DNA of 61,796 nucleotides from Eubacteriales bacterium. GTDB lineage: Bacteria; Bacillota; Clostridia; Oscillospirales; CAG-272. A program made the position numbers and the translations under genes. Shown piece by piece: positions 10,180 to 18,044 of the stretch. The stretch is from the NCBI GenBank assembly GCA_050309735.1, contig JBNRMS010000011.1:1-61796 (forward strand), written 5' to 3'. Under the pieces are notes generated by a model that ran no database searches, was not told the origin of the DNA, and saw only the letters and a list, made by a program, of their open reading frames with translations. How positions within the stretch are numbered: position 1 is the first letter of the stretch; each line of letters begins with the position of its first letter.

Positions 10180-10776
10180 ATGGCTGTACATATGAAGAGA
10201 AATAATGCTCCGGGCGGCCGCGCCGTTCGGATTGACAACGCGCTGGTTGAGGAGGTGTTCGTCGGAAACAGAGGAGAGGGATATCTGCTTATCTCGCATG
10301 GGGTTCCCAGTCTTAACAACATGATTTTCAGGGAGTTGCTGCGTCTGAACGTATCACGAAACACAAGAATTCGCGGTTTAAGGGGCAGAAACATTAATTT
10401 GCGTAACATAGAGAAAGGAATGAAGGTCAATGTCCTGCACTCGTCCGCGGTCACAAGGAGCATTCCGCCGCAGGCCGCGGCAATAGAAATAACTTTGATT
10501 AATAGAATCCCCGCACGAAGTGTTACCACCGACCGGATAGTCAGTATCGACACCCGAGGCCGCTTTATTATAACCGGAAACCCGAGCAGAACTGAGGATC
10601 AAATCCGCTTCAACATCTCAAGCAAGTCTATAATCCGCGACCAAAACGGCCGCCGAATCACACTCGATGATCTTGAGCCGGGCCAAATGGTTAAAATAGA
10701 GCACTCAGATTTTATGACCTTGAGCAGACCTCCACAAACATCTGCCGGCAGAATTCAGGTTTTACCGAGCTTTTAA
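10180..10776 (+). CDS. Hypothetical basic protein with two internal repeats ending T-x-S-x-PPQ
   Basis: 198 aa ORF; repeats ...GMKVNVLHSSAVTRSIPPQ / ...GQMVKIEHSDFMTLSRPPQ. Confidence 0.7.
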   Translation: MAVHMKRNNAPGGRAVRIDNALVEEVFVGNRGEGYLLISHGVPSLNNMIFRELLRLNVSRNTRIRGLRGRNINLRNIEKGMKVNVLHSSAVTRSIPPQAAAIEITLINRIPARSVTTDRIVSIDTRGRFIITGNPSRTEDQIRFNISSKSIIRDQNGRRITLDDLEPGQMVKIEHSDFMTLSRPPQTSAGRIQVLPSF

Positions 10777-10819
10777 TAAAGATAAAGCCGGGGCTTATGC
10801 AACAGCCTCCGGCATTTTC

Positions 10820-11887
10820 TTATTTTCTAACGGTAAATTTATAAATTGTTGTGCTGTTAAAAGTCTCCCCCGGATTAAGTACGCAGTCGGTGAATGCGGG
10901 GTTATTTATGCTGTCGGGCATATACTGCGTTTCAAGGCAGACGGCCGTCTGTTTTTCCTGCGGCAGGCCGCCCTTGAGGGGAAAGTCTTTGTCGGTCATG
11001 AAGTTTGCGGTATAGAGTTGCAAAGAGGGGCGGTCGGTGTAGAGCGACATCGCCCGTCCGGTGTCCGGGCAAAAGAGCACCCCGCGCAGCACCGGCTTGT
11101 TCTTCGCGCCTCCGTAAAAATTCAGGCAATGGTCATATCCGCCGGCAATAGAGAGATCATGATTATCCGAATTGATATCCCTGCCTATCGCCTTGGCCCT
11201 TCTGAAATCAAAGGGTGTTCCGGCAACATTCTTTATCTCTCCGGTGGGGATAAGCTCGGCGTCGGTCGGCAGATAGGTTTCGGCGTCAAGCCTTAGTGTG
11301 TGTTTGTGTATCTTGCCGGACGCAAAGCCGCCAAGGTTAAAATATGTGTGATTTGTCGGATTGAAGATTGTTTTCTTGTCGGTTTTGGCCAGATAGCTTA
11401 TGCGGAGCGAGTTGCTTTTTTCAAGCTTGTATGTAACTGTAATGCTAAGCTCGCCCGGATAGCCTTCCTCTCCGTCAGGCGAGGTGTAACTAAGGCTCAG
11501 GGCGGGCGCCTCACCGTCTGATATGATTTTCGCATTCCAGAGCTTGTGACTAAAGCCGCAGTTTCCGCCATGCAGATGATTATTGCCGTTGTTTCTGGCA
11601 AGCTTATACTCCTGTCCATCGAGCGAAAAGATGCCTCGAGAAATTCTGTTTGCAAATCTTCCGATTATCGCTCCCTGATATCCGCCGGCTCTTATATAGT
11701 CGTCAAGTCTATCATAGCCGCAGACGACATCCGAAAACACCCCGTCGCGATCAGGAATATGGATCTCTGTAATAGCGCCGCCGAAATCGGTTATTACTAC
11801 CTTCATATTGTTTTGGTTAACAAGTGTAAAGGCCGACGATTTACGGCCGTCGGGGAGGGTGCCGAAGTGGGCTTTGGTAACGCTCAT
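10820..11887 (-). CDS. galM: Aldose 1-epimerase (galactose mutarotase)
   Basis: GRFANRI, NHLHGG, TNHTYFNL, GGYDH, CLETQ. Confidence 0.95.
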   Translation of the reverse strand: MSVTKAHFGTLPDGRKSSAFTLVNQNNMKVVITDFGGAITEIHIPDRDGVFSDVVCGYDRLDDYIRAGGYQGAIIGRFANRISRGIFSLDGQEYKLARNNGNNHLHGGNCGFSHKLWNAKIISDGEAPALSLSYTSPDGEEGYPGELSITVTYKLEKSNSLRISYLAKTDKKTIFNPTNHTYFNLGGFASGKIHKHTLRLDAETYLPTDAELIPTGEIKNVAGTPFDFRRAKAIGRDINSDNHDLSIAGGYDHCLNFYGGAKNKPVLRGVLFCPDTGRAMSLYTDRPSLQLYTANFMTDKDFPLKGGLPQEKQTAVCLETQYMPDSINNPAFTDCVLNPGETFNSTTIYKFTVRK

Positions 11888-11905
11888 AATTTTATTCCAC
11901 CACCT

Positions 11906-13018
11906 TTATTTATCGCTACGCAATCTTTTAATTATAGCGTCAAATTCGTCATGGCGTGTCTCAATATCATAAACAAGCTTGAATTGGTTGCGTGCTCTTA
12001 TCAAATTGTGATCTTCATATTCTGTTCTGAAGTATATATCGTTCTCAAGATAATCGGTTAAAAAACGCATTCCTGTCTCAAGCGTTATAACAAGCGCACC
12101 CATCGTAAGCGACTTTATTTCATAATCGGTAAGCTCACCGCCGGTTCCCTTTAGATATCCGGCTGCGAAGGCATCAAACATATCGGTGCGAAAAAACACC
12201 TTTGAGAGATCCTTTTCGTCCTCAAGGGCGCTTGAGGCACCAAAACGTATAGCATCTCCAAAATCATAGAGCGCCGAGCCGGGCATAACCGTATCAAGAT
12301 CGATAATGCAAACCCCCTCGCCGCTCTCCTTGTCCATCAATATGTTGTTGAGCTTTGTGTCGTTATGCGTGACGCGAACCGGGATTCTGCCGTCCTCAAT
12401 GCCGTCGACAATAAAGGAGCATACCTCCTCCCGGGCGCGCACAAATTCAATCTCTCTCTTTGCAATCTTCTCCCGGCCGCTCCTGCACTCAGACACAACG
12501 CGCAGAAAACGCTCGAATCTCTTTTTGGTGTTGTGAAAATCGGGTATTGTTTCATATAGGGCAGATGCATCATATCCGGCAAGCTTTCTCTGAAAATCTC
12601 CGAAAGCAAGCCCCGCACGATAAAAAAGCTCGGTGGTGTCGGCAAGCTGATAGGAAACCACACCGTCGATAAAAGGATAGACCCGATAGCAGCCGCCCGA
12701 GTTGTCGTATGTAAAATAGCGCCCGTCGCGAGAGGCGATAAATCTTAGTGTTCCGCGCTCAGGGTCACCGCCCTCGGCGGCGATAACATCTCGCAAATAT
12801 TCGGTGACCCCGACAATATTGCTCATCAACTGCTCGGGATTCTTAAAAACATATGTGTTAATTTTTTGCAACACATATTTTGACTCATGTCCACTGTCAT
12901 GAAAGGTTAAAAAATACGTGCTGTTTATATGCCCGGTTTTGTTTTCTTTAATTGAGACAAGCTCTCCGGAAATTCTAAAACGGCCTATTATCTCAAGCAA
13001 CTTCTCGCTCATTTCCAA
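11906..13018 (-). CDS. APH-family phosphotransferase, N-acetylhexosamine 1-kinase-like
   Basis: GHINST, LQKIN, ETIPDFH, THNDTKLNN, IDLDTVMPG, RFLTDYL. Confidence 0.85.
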   Translation of the reverse strand: MEMSEKLLEIIGRFRISGELVSIKENKTGHINSTYFLTFHDSGHESKYVLQKINTYVFKNPEQLMSNIVGVTEYLRDVIAAEGGDPERGTLRFIASRDGRYFTYDNSGGCYRVYPFIDGVVSYQLADTTELFYRAGLAFGDFQRKLAGYDASALYETIPDFHNTKKRFERFLRVVSECRSGREKIAKREIEFVRAREEVCSFIVDGIEDGRIPVRVTHNDTKLNNILMDKESGEGVCIIDLDTVMPGSALYDFGDAIRFGASSALEDEKDLSKVFFRTDMFDAFAAGYLKGTGGELTDYEIKSLTMGALVITLETGMRFLTDYLENDIYFRTEYEDHNLIRARNQFKLVYDIETRHDEFDAIIKRLRSDK

Positions 13019-13917
13019 AGCCCCCTCGGATAAATTATGCCGTCGGTCAGCGCCCCGATGCTCTTTACCACGCTCGGCTTATCCTCGCTGTATGTCACGC
13101 CAAACCAAACAGAGTCTGTAGAATAGGCCTTTATTTCGCAAAGGTTTTTCCGGAGGAGATTGCCTGCGTCATTCGGCAAAAGACTCTCGGCCTTTTGCGG
13201 GTTGGGATCATTCATAAGACCCTTGAGGAAACTGTGAAAACAGTCCTCAAGCTGCGCAAAAACATCGGGCGTGAAGCCCCAGAAGTTCATTGATACTATA
13301 GTGTCGTTATCAAGACCATACTCTTTTCCGTCCTCAAGGAATACCGGTCCCTTTTCGGTTCTGTATATCTTTGTCCTCTCTACAATACTCTCAAGCAGCC
13401 CGCCCCTGGTTACACAAACACCGCGCGAGACCGAGCCATGGTCGGTCAGCGTATTGTCAAGCTTGAAGCCTATCATACAGTACTGCGGTTTATCCCCGCC
13501 GATATCATCTCTCCTAAGGTGCGTCGCCACCTTTTTGTATGTATCGGCGCCATAGAAGTCGTCAGCGTTGCAGACCGCGAAATTATCGTCTACAATGCCC
13601 CGCGCCGCGAGTACGGCGTGCGTGGTTCCCCAAGGTTTTGTCCTCCCCTCGGGAATCGACGCCCACGAAGGGATATCCTCTATGCGCTGGAAGCAATATT
13701 CAACCTTTATGTGTTTCTCAATTCGGTGTCCGATCGTTTCGCGGAATGCGCTGTAGTTTTCCTCTTTTATGACGAAAACCACACGGTCAAACCCCGCTCT
13801 TTTTGCGTCGAACACCGAATAATCAATAATAAATTCGCCATACTCGTTTATCGGGTCAAGTTGCTTCAGTCCGCCGTATCTTGAGCCGAGCCCGGCGGCA
13901 AGAATCACAAGTGTCAT
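13009..13917 (-). CDS. Sugar-phosphate nucleotidyltransferase
   Basis: ILAAGLGSRYGGLKQ, KPWGT.HA, NADDFYG, SMNFWGF. Confidence 0.88.
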   Translation of the reverse strand: MTLVILAAGLGSRYGGLKQLDPINEYGEFIIDYSVFDAKRAGFDRVVFVIKEENYSAFRETIGHRIEKHIKVEYCFQRIEDIPSWASIPEGRTKPWGTTHAVLAARGIVDDNFAVCNADDFYGADTYKKVATHLRRDDIGGDKPQYCMIGFKLDNTLTDHGSVSRGVCVTRGGLLESIVERTKIYRTEKGPVFLEDGKEYGLDNDTIVSMNFWGFTPDVFAQLEDCFHSFLKGLMNDPNPQKAESLLPNDAGNLLRKNLCEIKAYSTDSVWFGVTYSEDKPSVVKSIGALTDGIIYPRGLWK

Positions 13918-13944
13918 GCCATCTCTCCTATGTCATTTAAAATA

Positions 13945-14025
13945 TAATATACACGTTGGCAAATTCTAAAAAACTGCCATGTCGCAACAGTGAAACAGCT
14001 CACCGGAGAAGTTCACTTGAGACTA
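13945..14025 (+). repeat. Degenerate solo copy of the 88-bp repeat at 25168-25443
   Basis: tataatacacgttggc..aaaaactgccatgtcgcaac..cac.ggagaagttcacttgagacta aligns with the array unit. Confidence 0.75.
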
Positions 14026-14082
14026 ACATTTAATTATATATTAACTCGAATTCCCCTTTTTGTCAACCACATAACGCCTCAT

Positions 14083-14856
14083 TTATATCTGTTTACGCAT
14101 TTTTTCTATCGCACCCTTTTCAAGCCGCGAAACCTGCGCCTGAGATATCCCTATCTCCTCGGCTATTTCCATTTGCGTTTTGTTTTTATAGAATCTCATG
14201 CTGATTATCGAACGCTCGCGCTCGGTTAGCTTTCGCATAGCGTCCTTGAGTGCGATATTCTCAAGCCAGCTCTCGTCGCTGTAATTGGTGTCGCTGAGCT
14301 GGTCTATCACATATATCGAGTCTCCGTTGTCGGTGTAGACCGGCTCATAGAGCGAGATAGGCTCGATTATCGCTTCCATCGAATGCAGTACCGCTTCTTT
14401 GTTCTCGCCGAGCTTGAGGGCTATCTCGTCGATTGTGGGGTCGCACTCCTTCTCGCGCATTAGTTGTTCGCGCATTTGCAGAGAACGATAGGCAAGATCT
14501 CTTACAGACCTGCTTATGCGAATTGTATTATTGTCGCGGAGATATCTTCGTATCTCGCCTATAATCATCGGCACAGCATAGGTTGAGAATTTAACATTCA
14601 GTTCTATATTAAAATTGTCAACGGCTTTTATCAGGCCAATGCAGCCGACCTGAAAGAGATCGTCAAGATTTTCCCTTCTGTTTGTAAAGCGCTGGATAAT
14701 GCTAAGGACAAGCCGGAGATTGCCGTAAATCAATTCCTGACGCGCCGCCGCGTCACCCTGCTTGGATCTTACTAAGAGATCGTGTTTTTGCTCGTCTGTC
14801 AGGATTTTCAGCTTTGAGGTATTAACCCCGCATATTTCGACTTTGTTATAATACAT
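14083..14856 (-). CDS. sigG: RNA polymerase sporulation sigma factor SigG
   Basis: NKVEICGVNTSKL N-terminus, DLFQVGCIGL, GEIRRYLRDN, GISQAQVSRLEK. Confidence 0.95.
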   Translation of the reverse strand: MYYNKVEICGVNTSKLKILTDEQKHDLLVRSKQGDAAARQELIYGNLRLVLSIIQRFTNRRENLDDLFQVGCIGLIKAVDNFNIELNVKFSTYAVPMIIGEIRRYLRDNNTIRISRSVRDLAYRSLQMREQLMREKECDPTIDEIALKLGENKEAVLHSMEAIIEPISLYEPVYTDNGDSIYVIDQLSDTNYSDESWLENIALKDAMRKLTERERSIISMRFYKNKTQMEIAEEIGISQAQVSRLEKGAIEKMRKQI

Positions 14857-14920
14857 ATCAAATCTCCCGTACTGTCTTGCTCGTTGATACGAGTATTGAC
14901 AAACGGGAGATTTGATTATT
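14857..14920 (-). promoter_or_regulatory. sigG leader: RBS-occluding 14-bp inverted repeat overlapping a sigF/sigG-type promoter
   Basis: ATCAAATCTCCCGT (14857-14870) / ACGGGAGATTTGAT (14903-14916); minus strand GAATA-N16-GTCAATACT. Confidence 0.65.
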
Positions 14921-14958
14921 CATAAAAAGCGCTGCCTAATTCTTCCGGCTGTGAGACG

Positions 14959-16221
14959 TTAAATATGCTCGACATCCTCCACATATTGAGAGGGTTTATC
15001 CGGAATCCATGAATCGTCAAAGTGAATAAGGACTTTTCCATCCTCGAGTTTTTTCTGCAGCGTCGGCACATCTATGTCCGGCAATCCAATTCGGCTCTCA
15101 AGCGAAATTGACGCGGCAAGACCCGCGGCCTGACCGGTGACTATCGCTGGAGGGATAACCCGCGCGACATCCCACGCATAACCCTTAGCGCTGACACTTC
15201 TTCCGGCAGTGATAATATTCGGAAAACCCGATCGGACAAGGCAGCGGTAGGGGATTTCATATAGATAATCGCGATGGTCCATATCGCAGATGGCGCTCAC
15301 CGAATCGGAAAAATGACAGTAAACATCCTCGACCGACAGGGTATAGTCACCGTCGATACGGCGCGTGGTTCTGAACTGCGCCATGCCCGGCATGGCAACT
15401 ATGGCACGGCTCATCCTGTCGTCATTCTTGAGTTTTTCAAGGGCGACAAGTTGGTTTTCGCGTATATATTCGGATACCCCCGCCGCATCGGTTCCAGAAT
15501 AGAGCGGGCGCTCGGGTGGCTGATTTCTGCCCGTGAGTCTGGCGGTGCCGCCGTATGTCCACTTTATTGCCTTCCCGATATTTTTTTCCTCAACCGCCAC
15601 ACGGCAGCTCTCAAGACTAATTTTGTGCATTACCGACGTAAAGTAATTTTTTCCCACAACACACGGCACACCCGCTCGCTGAAGTACGTCGGCGTCTCCC
15701 GTAGCGTCGATGACAATCTTAGCTCCGTAATAAGACTTCCCCGATTTGTTTTCGACTATCAGCCCTTGGCAAATATTGCCCTCAGTGAGGACATCGGTCA
15801 CCGAGGTGTCGTACATAATATCGACCCCCGCCTCACAAAGCAGCTTGTTTAGCGACAGGGCGAACATACCCGTGTCGTAGTACGACGTCAGGCGCTTTGA
15901 TGTCGATTCCGGATTTGACGGCTCGCCCTGCCGCCAGTCCTCGGGAATACTGTCATAACCGTATTTTGTGGCTAGCTTAAGAAAATCGTCGGCCATCCCT
16001 CGCACTATTTGTTTTCCTCTCCCATTGCACATCGGAACAAAAAATGTAATAAGCCCCAGCGTGGCAAGTCCGCCGAGATAGACCGATTTTTCAATCAGCA
16101 ACACCCGCCCTCCTTCGCGCGCCGCCGAGAGCGCCGCCGCAACTCCGGCAACACCGCCACCCGCGACAATAATGTCGTAGTCTCCGGCTTTTTTTATGCT
16201 GTATGTTTTTTGAATTAACAT
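14959..16221 (-). CDS. FAD-dependent oxidoreductase
   Basis: VAGGGVAG, LGGLAT.G, IDATGDAD, YEIPYRCL, AGRSVS, GQAAGLAA. Confidence 0.88.
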   Translation of the reverse strand: MLIQKTYSIKKAGDYDIIVAGGGVAGVAAALSAAREGGRVLLIEKSVYLGGLATLGLITFFVPMCNGRGKQIVRGMADDFLKLATKYGYDSIPEDWRQGEPSNPESTSKRLTSYYDTGMFALSLNKLLCEAGVDIMYDTSVTDVLTEGNICQGLIVENKSGKSYYGAKIVIDATGDADVLQRAGVPCVVGKNYFTSVMHKISLESCRVAVEEKNIGKAIKWTYGGTARLTGRNQPPERPLYSGTDAAGVSEYIRENQLVALEKLKNDDRMSRAIVAMPGMAQFRTTRRIDGDYTLSVEDVYCHFSDSVSAICDMDHRDYLYEIPYRCLVRSGFPNIITAGRSVSAKGYAWDVARVIPPAIVTGQAAGLAASISLESRIGLPDIDVPTLQKKLEDGKVLIHFDDSWIPDKPSQYVEDVEHI

Positions 16222-16359
16222 AAAAACCTCCCTCTGCCCGGGGCAGCTTAATTAGACTTTTTATTTTTTCGTGCCTGCATATGCCATAGCATTTCGGCTT
16301 TAATAAAGAGCATAGCACATTATCAGAATAACTGCAAGTGGCAACACTAAAAATATAAC

Positions 16360-16385
16360 AAAAAAGACCGCGCGAGCGCGGCCTT
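16360..16385 (-). terminator. Intrinsic terminator of rplS
   Basis: Minus strand GGCCGCGC-TC-GCGCGGTC followed by a T tract. Confidence 0.7.
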
Positions 16386-16394
16386 CGGTTTTGT

Positions 16395-16736
16395 TTAGAT
16401 TTTCTCTTTGACTCTTGATGCCTTACCAACTCTGTCGCGGAGGTAGAAAAGCTTGGCGCGTCTGACCTTACCCCGACGGATGATATCAACCTTTACGACA
16501 TGGGGAGAATGAATCGGGAAGGTTTTCTCAACCCCGATACCGTAGGAAATACGTCTTACTGTGAAGGTTTCAGAAATTCCGCCGCCTCTCTTGGCGATAA
16601 CTGTTCCCTCGAATAGCTGGATTCTCTCGCGGCTGCCCTCTTTAATTCTGTTGTGAACGCGGATTGTGTCTCCGATGTTGACAACCGGCAACTCTTGTTT
16701 TAACTGCTCGTTTGTAAAAGCCTCGATCTTGTTCAT
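16395..16736 (-). CDS. rplS: 50S ribosomal protein L19
   Basis: [41 protein letters not shown]. Confidence 0.98.
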   Translation of the reverse strand: MNKIEAFTNEQLKQELPVVNIGDTIRVHNRIKEGSRERIQLFEGTVIAKRGGGISETFTVRRISYGIGVEKTFPIHSPHVVKVDIIRRGKVRRAKLFYLRDRVGKASRVKEKI

Positions 16737-16756
16737 TTAGGCCCTCCTTAATATTA

Positions 16757-16794
16757 ACGGACGTTCATGCAGAGCTTCGCAGCGGACCGACCGT
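16757..16794 (-). ncRNA. L19 leader (ribosomal protein autoregulatory RNA)
   Basis: ACGGTCGGTCCGCTGC...GCATGAACGTCCGT hairpin with the conserved CCGCT/GAAC core in the rplS 5' UTR. Confidence 0.7.
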
Positions 16795-16824
16795 GATAAC
16801 GTATGCAAAATGCGTAACAGAGGA

Positions 16825-16853
16825 ATTATATCACATCTTTATTTCTTTGTCAA
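16825..16853 (-). promoter_or_regulatory. Consensus sigma-A promoter of rplS
   Basis: TTGACA, 17 bp, TATAAT with extended TG. Confidence 0.85.
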
Positions 16854-16950
16854 TATTTTTCGCTTTTTATTTTAATTTTTTCGCAAATACTAATCTCAAA
16901 GGCAAAAGCCGCAGATTTCGCGGCGAGGCCTTGAAAAGGGGGTGGAAAAT

Positions 16951-17172
16951 TTGGCACGAAACAATAGAAAAGCCGCACCCGACAGCGCATGGACAAAATT
17001 CAAGATGGAATGCGCCGAGGAGATAGGACATTTACAGTATGTCAAAGAAAACAACGACCATTATAAGGGTGACCTTCCAAGCCGTGTGAACGGACAAGAG
17101 GGCGGACCCATCGGCGGCCAGATGGTGAAAAAAATGATTGAAATGGCGAAGAGCCAGATGCCTCAGTCTTAA
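16951..17172 (+). CDS. Alpha/beta-type small acid-soluble spore protein
   Basis: KFKMECAEEIG, GDLPSRVNG..GG.IGGQMVKKMI; TTG start after GGGGTGG. Confidence 0.88.
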   Translation: MARNNRKAAPDSAWTKFKMECAEEIGHLQYVKENNDHYKGDLPSRVNGQEGGPIGGQMVKKMIEMAKSQMPQS

Positions 17173-17190
17173 ATTCCTAGTAAAACAACT

Positions 17191-17227
17191 AGCCTATTCG
17201 GGGCAGATTATCTTCCCCGAATAGGCT
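17191..17227. terminator. Hairpin between the convergent SASP and tRNA-Leu genes
   Basis: AGCCTATTCGGGG...CCCCGAATAGGCT inverted repeat. Confidence 0.7.
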
Positions 17228-17342
17228 TCAATATTTTAATGAATATTCACAATTTAAAAGGTATTTTTGCCCGTGCGGAAGCCCGGCTGATTCCGGAGTC
17301 TGGATTAAATGATTAGCTCATTGCCCGCCCTGAAACCCGGGC

Positions 17343-17429
17343 TGGTGCCGGCGGCGGGGGTCGAACCCGCACGGTATCGCTACCACTGGATTTTGAGTCC
17401 AGCACGTCTGCCAATTCCATCACGCCGGC
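17343..17429 (-). tRNA. tRNA-Leu (CAA)
   Basis: GCCGGCG acceptor stem, CTGGA-CTCAAAA-TCCAG anticodon arm, long variable arm, GGTTCGAC, encoded ACCA. Confidence 0.96.
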
Positions 17430-17453
17430 AAAATATTATTTCCGCCGGATGAT

Positions 17454-17483
17454 ATTATAACACATATATATATCCAAAGTCAA
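17454..17483 (-). promoter_or_regulatory. sigma-A promoter of tRNA-Leu
   Basis: TTGACT, 18 bp, TATAAT with extended TG. Confidence 0.65.
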
Positions 17484-17599
17484 CAGATGATAATACAATT
17501 TTATTTTTTAAAAGAAATAAGCATCATTTGTCTATATAATTCACCCTTTGTGCCCGCGTGAATACAATTATTATAGAATACACACCGGAGGTGCGTCAT

Positions 17600-18034
17600 A
17601 TGGACAATCAAGATATGAATATTATAAACGAGGATAATTACTTAACCGGTCGGGGCTACCTGATAGTTCGGGCGACGACCGCCCGTAGCGCGGTTCCGGT
17701 TCCCAACGCCACGGTTAATATAAGAGGATCCTCGGCTGAGAGCTCGCATATCCTATACTCATTAAAAACCGACGTCAACGGGCTGAGCGGAAAAATCCCG
17801 CTTCCGGCTCCCCTAAAATCAAGCGCCGAACATGAACGAAGCACGCGTCCATACGAGCAATACAACATAGAAGTCTTTGCCGAAGGCTATACGCCTCAGA
17901 ACTACCTTAATGTTCCCATTTTTGACGGTATCACCTCATATCAAACCGCCGATCTTGTACCTCTTCCGGCATCCTTGAGAAACGATTCGCTAATAAGAGC
18001 TGATATCTACGAATCAACCACCCCCGATTTGTAA
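17600..18034 (+). CDS. Carboxypeptidase-regulatory-like domain protein resembling the SleC N-terminal region
   Basis: G.L.VRATTA..AVPV.NA.V.I, TD.NG....I.LPAP, PY..Y.IEV.AEGY, NVPIFDGITS.Q; GGAGG RBS. Confidence 0.75.
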   Translation: MDNQDMNIINEDNYLTGRGYLIVRATTARSAVPVPNATVNIRGSSAESSHILYSLKTDVNGLSGKIPLPAPLKSSAEHERSTRPYEQYNIEVFAEGYTPQNYLNVPIFDGITSYQTADLVPLPASLRNDSLIRADIYESTTPDL

Positions 18035-18044
18035 AGGAGCCGAT

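Noticed and set aside
17230-17430. tRNA-Leu (and tRNA-Val) as island integration sites
   Set aside because: No duplicated tRNA 3' end and no integrase beside either tRNA
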